Origin: an uncultured Bacteroidota bacterium
GTDB lineage: Bacteria; Bacteroidota; Bacteroidia; Flavobacteriales; Flavobacteriaceae
NCBI GenBank assembly: GCA_903839195.1
Contig: CAIMBK010000070.1
Coordinates: forward strand, 5,557-69,556
Direction of reading: 5' to 3'
Length of the DNA: 64,000 nt
Translations under genes and position numbers: made by a program
Shown here: in pieces, positions 60,063 through 64,000 of the stretch
Numbering within the stretch: the first letter of the stretch is position 1
How the letters are laid out: the number at the start of each line of letters is the position of its first letter
Notes under the pieces: model-generated
Seen by the model: the letters and a program-made list of their open reading frames with translations, nothing else
Database searches by the model: none
Told to the model about the DNA's origin: nothing

Positions 60063-61315
60063 ATTTTAAACTAATCTTAAATATTGCCATTCATTTGCTT
60101 CGAGCGCGTCTAAAACAATCTGTTGTTGCCGCTGTTGGTGTGACTTTTGGGATTGCAATGTTTATTTCGTTGGTTAGTTTTATGAACGGATTAAATGATT
60201 TATTGGACGGATTAATGCTCAATAGAACGCCGCATATTTTACTTTATAATGAAATTAAACCTTCTGAAAATCAGCCCATTTCATTGTCTGTTGCTTATCA
60301 AAAAAGCACACATTTTATTAGTTCCATAAAACCAAAAGACCGCGGAAAATCGATTTATAATTGTAAAATTATTATTCAAGATTTAAAAAAAGACAAACGG
60401 ATTATTGATGTTGCCCCAAAAGTAACAACGCCCGTTTTATTCAACTCTGGAACCATCGAAATTTCGGGTGTAATTAATGGTATTGATGTTTTGGCAGAAG
60501 AAAAATTATTCAAAATTAGTGATTATATCGTTGACGGAAAAATTACCGATTTGCTTCAAAATAATAGTGTTATTATCGGAAAAGGATTGGCCGATAAAAT
60601 GTTGCTTTCCAAAGGCGATATTATTAAAATTTCTACTTCAAAAGGGAATTTAGCCTCACTGAAAATTGTTGGAATTGTCGAAATAGGAATAGCCGATATC
60701 GATAATATTTCTAGTTACACGTCACTTTCCACCGCTCAAAAATTATTGGGGGAGCCCACAAATTATATTACCGATATTCAACTTAAACTTTTTGATATGG
60801 CTTCAGCGCCAATTCTGGCAAAAGAATTTCAAAACAAATACAACTTAGATTCTATTGATTATCAAACGGCTAACTCGCAATTTGAAACCGGAAGCTCCGT
60901 TCGAAGTATCATTTCATATTCGGTTGGAATTGTTTTGTTGATAGTGGCTGGTTTCGGTATTTATAACATTTTGAATATGATGATTTATGAAAAAATGGAC
61001 AGTATTGCTATTCTTAAAGCAACTGGTTTTTCTGGCAATGACGTGAAATGGATTTTCTTATCGCTTTCGATGATTATCGGATTGGCGGGCGGAGTTTTTG
61101 GGTTGTTATTTGGGTTTATTTTCACTCATATTATTGATATAATTCCTTTTGAAACGGCTGCTTTACCAACAATTAAAACGTACCCAATTAGCTATAAAGT
61201 TATTTATTATGTAATTGGAATCGCTTTTGCGTTTTTTACTACAGCCATTGCGGGACTTTTTCCTGCGTTAAAAGCTAGCAAAATTGACCCCGTTGAAATT
61301 ATTAGAGGAAAATAA
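60059..61315 (+). CDS. ABC transporter permease, FtsX/MacB/LolE-like
   Basis: 418 aa with an N-terminal TM segment, a large periplasmic domain, and three C-terminal TM segments carrying the FtsX-type motif (LKATGFSGNDV). Confidence 0.85.
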   Translation: MNFKLILNIAIHLLRARLKQSVVAAVGVTFGIAMFISLVSFMNGLNDLLDGLMLNRTPHILLYNEIKPSENQPISLSVAYQKSTHFISSIKPKDRGKSIYNCKIIIQDLKKDKRIIDVAPKVTTPVLFNSGTIEISGVINGIDVLAEEKLFKISDYIVDGKITDLLQNNSVIIGKGLADKMLLSKGDIIKISTSKGNLASLKIVGIVEIGIADIDNISSYTSLSTAQKLLGEPTNYITDIQLKLFDMASAPILAKEFQNKYNLDSIDYQTANSQFETGSSVRSIISYSVGIVLLIVAGFGIYNILNMMIYEKMDSIAILKATGFSGNDVKWIFLSLSMIIGLAGGVFGLLFGFIFTHIIDIIPFETAALPTIKTYPISYKVIYYVIGIAFAFFTTAIAGLFPALKASKIDPVEIIRGK

Positions 61316-61316
61316 T

Positions 61317-61994
61317 ATGAATAACAAAGTAATTGAAACCATCGGGTTGAGTAAATATTTTTACGACCCTATTAAATTTCAGGTGTTGAAAGAAATCAAT
61401 ATGAGTATTAATCATGGCGAATTTGTTTCAATAGTTGGAAAATCAGGTTGTGGAAAATCGACGTTATTGTATTTGCTTTCCACAATGGATACCGATTATG
61501 AGGGACAATTATTGATACACGACAAACTAGTTACGGGTCAAACGGATAAGGAATTAGCAAAAATTAGAAATGAAAATATTGGTTTTGTTTTTCAATTTCA
61601 TTATTTGTTAAATGAATACAATGTGCTCAAAAACATCATGCTTCCAGGTTTAAAATTAGACAAATTAAATCCAGATGAAATTGAACATCGCGCTTATGGC
61701 CATTTGAAAACATTAGGAATGGAAGATCAAGCTTTGAAAATGCCAAATCAATTGAGCGGTGGTCAAAAACAACGCGTTGCCATTGCGCGTGCTTTAATTA
61801 ACGACCCATTAATCATTATGGGCGATGAACCAACAGGAAATTTAGACCAAAAAAATAGCGACCTTGTTTTTGATATTTTTAGCGAATTGACGCAAGAACA
61901 CAATCAAACCCTATTAATTGTGACGCATGATATTGATTTTGCTAATAAAACCAACAGAATTATCACCATGGAAGACGGACATATAATTTCCTAA
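61317..61994 (+). CDS. ABC transporter ATP-binding protein (MacB/LolD-like)
   Basis: It has Walker A GKSGCGKST, the signature LSGGQKQRVAIARAL, and Walker B IIMGDEPTGNLD. The track start at 61284 is a TTG inside the permease gene. Confidence 0.9.
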   Translation: MNNKVIETIGLSKYFYDPIKFQVLKEINMSINHGEFVSIVGKSGCGKSTLLYLLSTMDTDYEGQLLIHDKLVTGQTDKELAKIRNENIGFVFQFHYLLNEYNVLKNIMLPGLKLDKLNPDEIEHRAYGHLKTLGMEDQALKMPNQLSGGQKQRVAIARALINDPLIIMGDEPTGNLDQKNSDLVFDIFSELTQEHNQTLLIVTHDIDFANKTNRIITMEDGHIIS

Positions 61995-61997
61995 GCG

Positions 61998-62567
61998 CTA
62001 TTCTACAATGATTTGATGCTTATGCAACAATCCTTTTAGTCCTTCTAAAGAGAAAATTGCTTTTTGAAGTTTTGTTTTTTCGGGATCGATTGTAAAATTA
62101 AAACTAGTTCGAAAATTAGCTTTATTGGCGATGGCTTTATCAAATTCTGATTTATACAAATCGCAGCGGTCAAAGAGAACTTCGGTCAAATCGGTTTCCA
62201 TAAAATCTACTGCAATTAAACTGCAATTTTTAAAAATGGTTTGTTTCATTTTTAATGCATAGAACTTCGAAAAATCAAGTTGGCACGTATCAAATGAAAT
62301 GTCAAAAATCAATTTGTCGCACATCGAAAAATTGACTTCCTTAATTTTACAACGATTAAAAGCTACCGTTCGAAGGGCTACGTGGTTGATTTTGCTGCTA
62401 TTGAAATTACAATTATTAAATACACAATCAATAAAAGTGACCCCTATAAAATTACAATTCGAAAAATCGCAACTATTAAAAACGCAACTTTCAAATTCTT
62501 TCAAATTCAGTTCGTTTTCAGAATAATTGAGGTTATTGTATTCGATATCAAGAAAATAGTCTTGCAT
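61998..62567 (-). CDS. Pentapeptide-repeat protein (Qnr/MfpA-like architecture)
   Basis: It has consecutive A(D/N)LxX-type pentapeptides (CVFNSCDFSNCNFIGVTFIDCVFNNCNFNSSKIN...). The track start at 62597 is a TTG, so the ATG at 62567 (MQDYFLD) is preferred. Confidence 0.85.
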   Translation of the reverse strand: MQDYFLDIEYNNLNYSENELNLKEFESCVFNSCDFSNCNFIGVTFIDCVFNNCNFNSSKINHVALRTVAFNRCKIKEVNFSMCDKLIFDISFDTCQLDFSKFYALKMKQTIFKNCSLIAVDFMETDLTEVLFDRCDLYKSEFDKAIANKANFRTSFNFTIDPEKTKLQKAIFSLEGLKGLLHKHQIIVE

Positions 62568-62595
62568 TTTTTGGGCTTGGTTTGTATTTAAATGC

Positions 62596-62635
62596 AAAAA
62601 CGCAATTATCGAATTCGTTGATAATTGCGTTTTTT
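62596..62635 (-). terminator. Rho-independent terminator immediately 3' of tRNA-Arg
   Basis: aaaaacgcaattatc / gaattcgtt / gataattgcgttttt forms a perfect 15-bp stem with flanking A and T runs. Confidence 0.85.
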
Positions 62636-62636
62636 G

Positions 62637-62710
62637 TGACCTTGACTGGATTCAAACCAGTAACCTCTTGAGCCGTAATCAAGTGCGCTATTCAGTTGCG
62701 CCACAAGGCC
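62637..62710 (-). tRNA. tRNA-Arg (anticodon ACG)
   Basis: The reverse complement is GGCCTTGTGGCGCAACTGAATAGCGCACTTGATTACGGCTCAAGAGGTTACTGGTTTGAATCCAGTCAAGGTCA. It folds as a cloverleaf with a 7-bp acceptor stem, D stem GCGC/GCGC, anticodon stem CTTGA/TCAAG with loop TTACGGC, and T arm ACTGG-TTTGAAT-CCAGT. CCA is not encoded. Confidence 0.9.
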
Positions 62711-62722
62711 ATTTTGTGGGTG

Positions 62723-62752
62723 CAAATATAAGGAAACTTAACATATTTGCAA
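62723..62752 (-). promoter_or_regulatory. Bacteroidota-type promoter for tRNA-Arg
   Basis: On the minus strand there is TTG, a 19-nt spacer, then TATATTTG, ending 12 nt before the first base of the tRNA. Confidence 0.6.
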
Positions 62753-62934
62753 GGAAAATTTAAAATAATAAACGATCAAATTACTTTGTTTCGCCTAAAG
62801 CTTGTTTGGTAACATAATAACGATAGGCTAAAATCGCCAATTGCCATTTTTTTGCCTCGCTAATGGATAATTGCTTTTTAGAAAAACTCGGCAAAACCAC
62901 CTTGTTAATTTTTGCTAGAATTTTGAAGAATTTT

Positions 62935-63165
62935 CTAGTCATATTTTACATCTGGTTTGTTATTTGCAAGCGCAAAATTTCTAGATTTTTTCTCATAAGT
63001 CGCAAACGATTTGTCACTTGGATTTGTAATTACGGTTTTAATCGTAATTTTATCACCCAAATTAAATCCCTTTGAAACCATTTGATAATCCAAAAGAAAT
63101 TCGCCAGAAAAGTAATTTCCTTCCGCATCTTTTTCTATAATTCCAGTATAAATTCCTTTTGACAT
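62935..63165 (-). CDS. Small hypothetical protein
   Basis: 76 aa ORF with an ATG start and no recognisable motif. Confidence 0.4.
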   Translation of the reverse strand: MSKGIYTGIIEKDAEGNYFSGEFLLDYQMVSKGFNLGDKITIKTVITNPSDKSFATYEKKSRNFALANNKPDVKYD

Positions 63166-63188
63166 ATTTTTTTATTTAAAGCACAAAA

Positions 63189-64000
63189 TTAATCAATTTT
63201 GTTGACCGATTTCAATTCTGTTTGCAATAGTTTTTCAATCCAAAGGCAACAAAGGCCGGCTAAAATACCAAAACTTCCCATAACGAACCAATTGGTTTGA
63301 TAACCAAAATTGGCAATAATTTCCATTCCCATTTTGGAACTTACAATGTGCGCCAAACTAAAACTCATAGTATATAAAGCCATATAACGACCTTCATGCC
63401 CAATTTGCGCCCGACTTAAAGCAAACGAATTGGAAAACGGAAACGAAAACATTTCGCCAAACGAAACCAAAATCATACTAATAACGAGAATTCCCGCCCA
63501 AAAATTGATAATCAATCCGTAAAAACTAATGCCCATTATTAACGTTCCCCAAAGGATTATTTTTATTTTTTGTACTTTTTTACGTTCAAAATAACTGACA
63601 ATTGGCATTTCGAGTGCGAAAATCAACAAGCCATTTAACGTCATTAATAAACCGGTTTGGAACTCAGACAAGCCAAATTGTTCATGATGATAAAGCGGTA
63701 ACGCCGTAAATAATTGAAAAAATATCATCGCAGTTACAAAACTTACAAACAAGAAAATCCAGAAAATTTTGTCTTTAAAAACCGAAATAATTTCCTGGTT
63801 TGTAATACTTGAATTGTCTGTGTCGATTGGTTTCTTTTTTTCTTTTACTAATAAAGCAAAGATTAAAATAGCAAGAATACACGTAGAACCATCGACCCAA
63901 AAAAGCCCTTGATAACCAATATTCATAATAATCAAACCTCCCAAAGCGGGTCCGGCAGCAAATCCTAAATTCACGGCAAGTCTTACTAATGTTAAGGCTC
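63189..64000 (-). CDS. MFS transporter (partial, N-terminus off right edge)
   Basis: It is a polytopic membrane protein. The frame stays open upstream of the track's GTG at 63974 (...ALTLVRLAVNLGFAAGPALGG...), so the gene continues beyond base 64000. Confidence 0.8.
   Translation of the reverse strand, partial: ALTLVRLAVNLGFAAGPALGGLIIMNIGYQGLFWVDGSTCILAILIFALLVKEKKKPIDTDNSSITNQEIISVFKDKIFWIFLFVSFVTAMIFFQLFTALPLYHHEQFGLSEFQTGLLMTLNGLLIFALEMPIVSYFERKKVQKIKIILWGTLIMGISFYGLIINFWAGILVISMILVSFGEMFSFPFSNSFALSRAQIGHEGRYMALYTMSFSLAHIVSSKMGMEIIANFGYQTNWFVMGSFGILAGLCCLWIEKLLQTELKSVNKID

Noticed and set aside
58974-61994. The ABC operon as a bacteriocin or lantibiotic export/immunity system.
   Set aside because: There is no precursor peptide, modification enzyme or peptidase domain. 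The architecture is that of the generic MacAB/Lol-like family.
62637-63188. A genomic island or prophage integrated at tRNA-Arg.
   Set aside because: There is no integrase, excisionase or phage-like gene on either side, and I saw no repeat of the tRNA 3' end. The flanking genes are ordinary (an MFS transporter and a pentapeptide-repeat protein).

Overview
AT-rich chromosomal segment that looks like Bacteroidota, family Flavobacteriaceae (Flavobacterium-like). The support for this is fourfold. There are four secreted proteins with type IX secretion (T9SS) C-terminal sorting domains. There are TTG-N19-TAnnTTTG promoters and no Shine-Dalgarno use. The gene contexts are typical (DUF1599-folP, bamD-rpoZ-coaBC-DUF4835-recN, rpsF-rpsR-rplI). 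Dispersed GC-rich REP-like hairpins are also present. The window is densely coding, with about 66 protein genes and one tRNA-Arg(ACG), and is mostly core housekeeping: clpS, prmA, tpiA, folP, rlmH, nadC, priA, the S6/S18/L9 operon, ligA, dapA, bamD, coaBC, recN, fabV, coaE, miaA, yggS, pcm, smpB, glyA, miaE, and agmatine deiminase with N-carbamoylputrescine amidase. I saw no rRNA, no CRISPR array, no transposase, integrase or phage genes, and no recognisable defence island, so I cannot honestly name a multi-gene novel system here. Three structures are not explained by ordinary annotation. (1) A phased 21-bp tandem array of about 12 units with a palindromic GGGGTTC-n-GAACCCC core sits in a divergent promoter region at 3556-3807. 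(2) An Avd/23S-IVS-like four-helix-bundle gene is embedded between in-phase (NNATTG)n hexamer microsatellites with inverted terminal complementarity (42755-43363). Further AATTG-core heptamer arrays lie within 3 kb of it. (3) There are a few unusual domain fusions: HTH-Fic, DnaQ-exonuclease-GIY-YIG, P-domain-CotH, and MauE-thioredoxin. Two edge genes are truncated, and the one at 1-965 is missing from the supplied ORF track. Several ORF-track N-termini are TTG/GTG over-extensions, and for those I give the more likely ATG starts. All functional calls come from recognising motifs in the translations. No database search was run.
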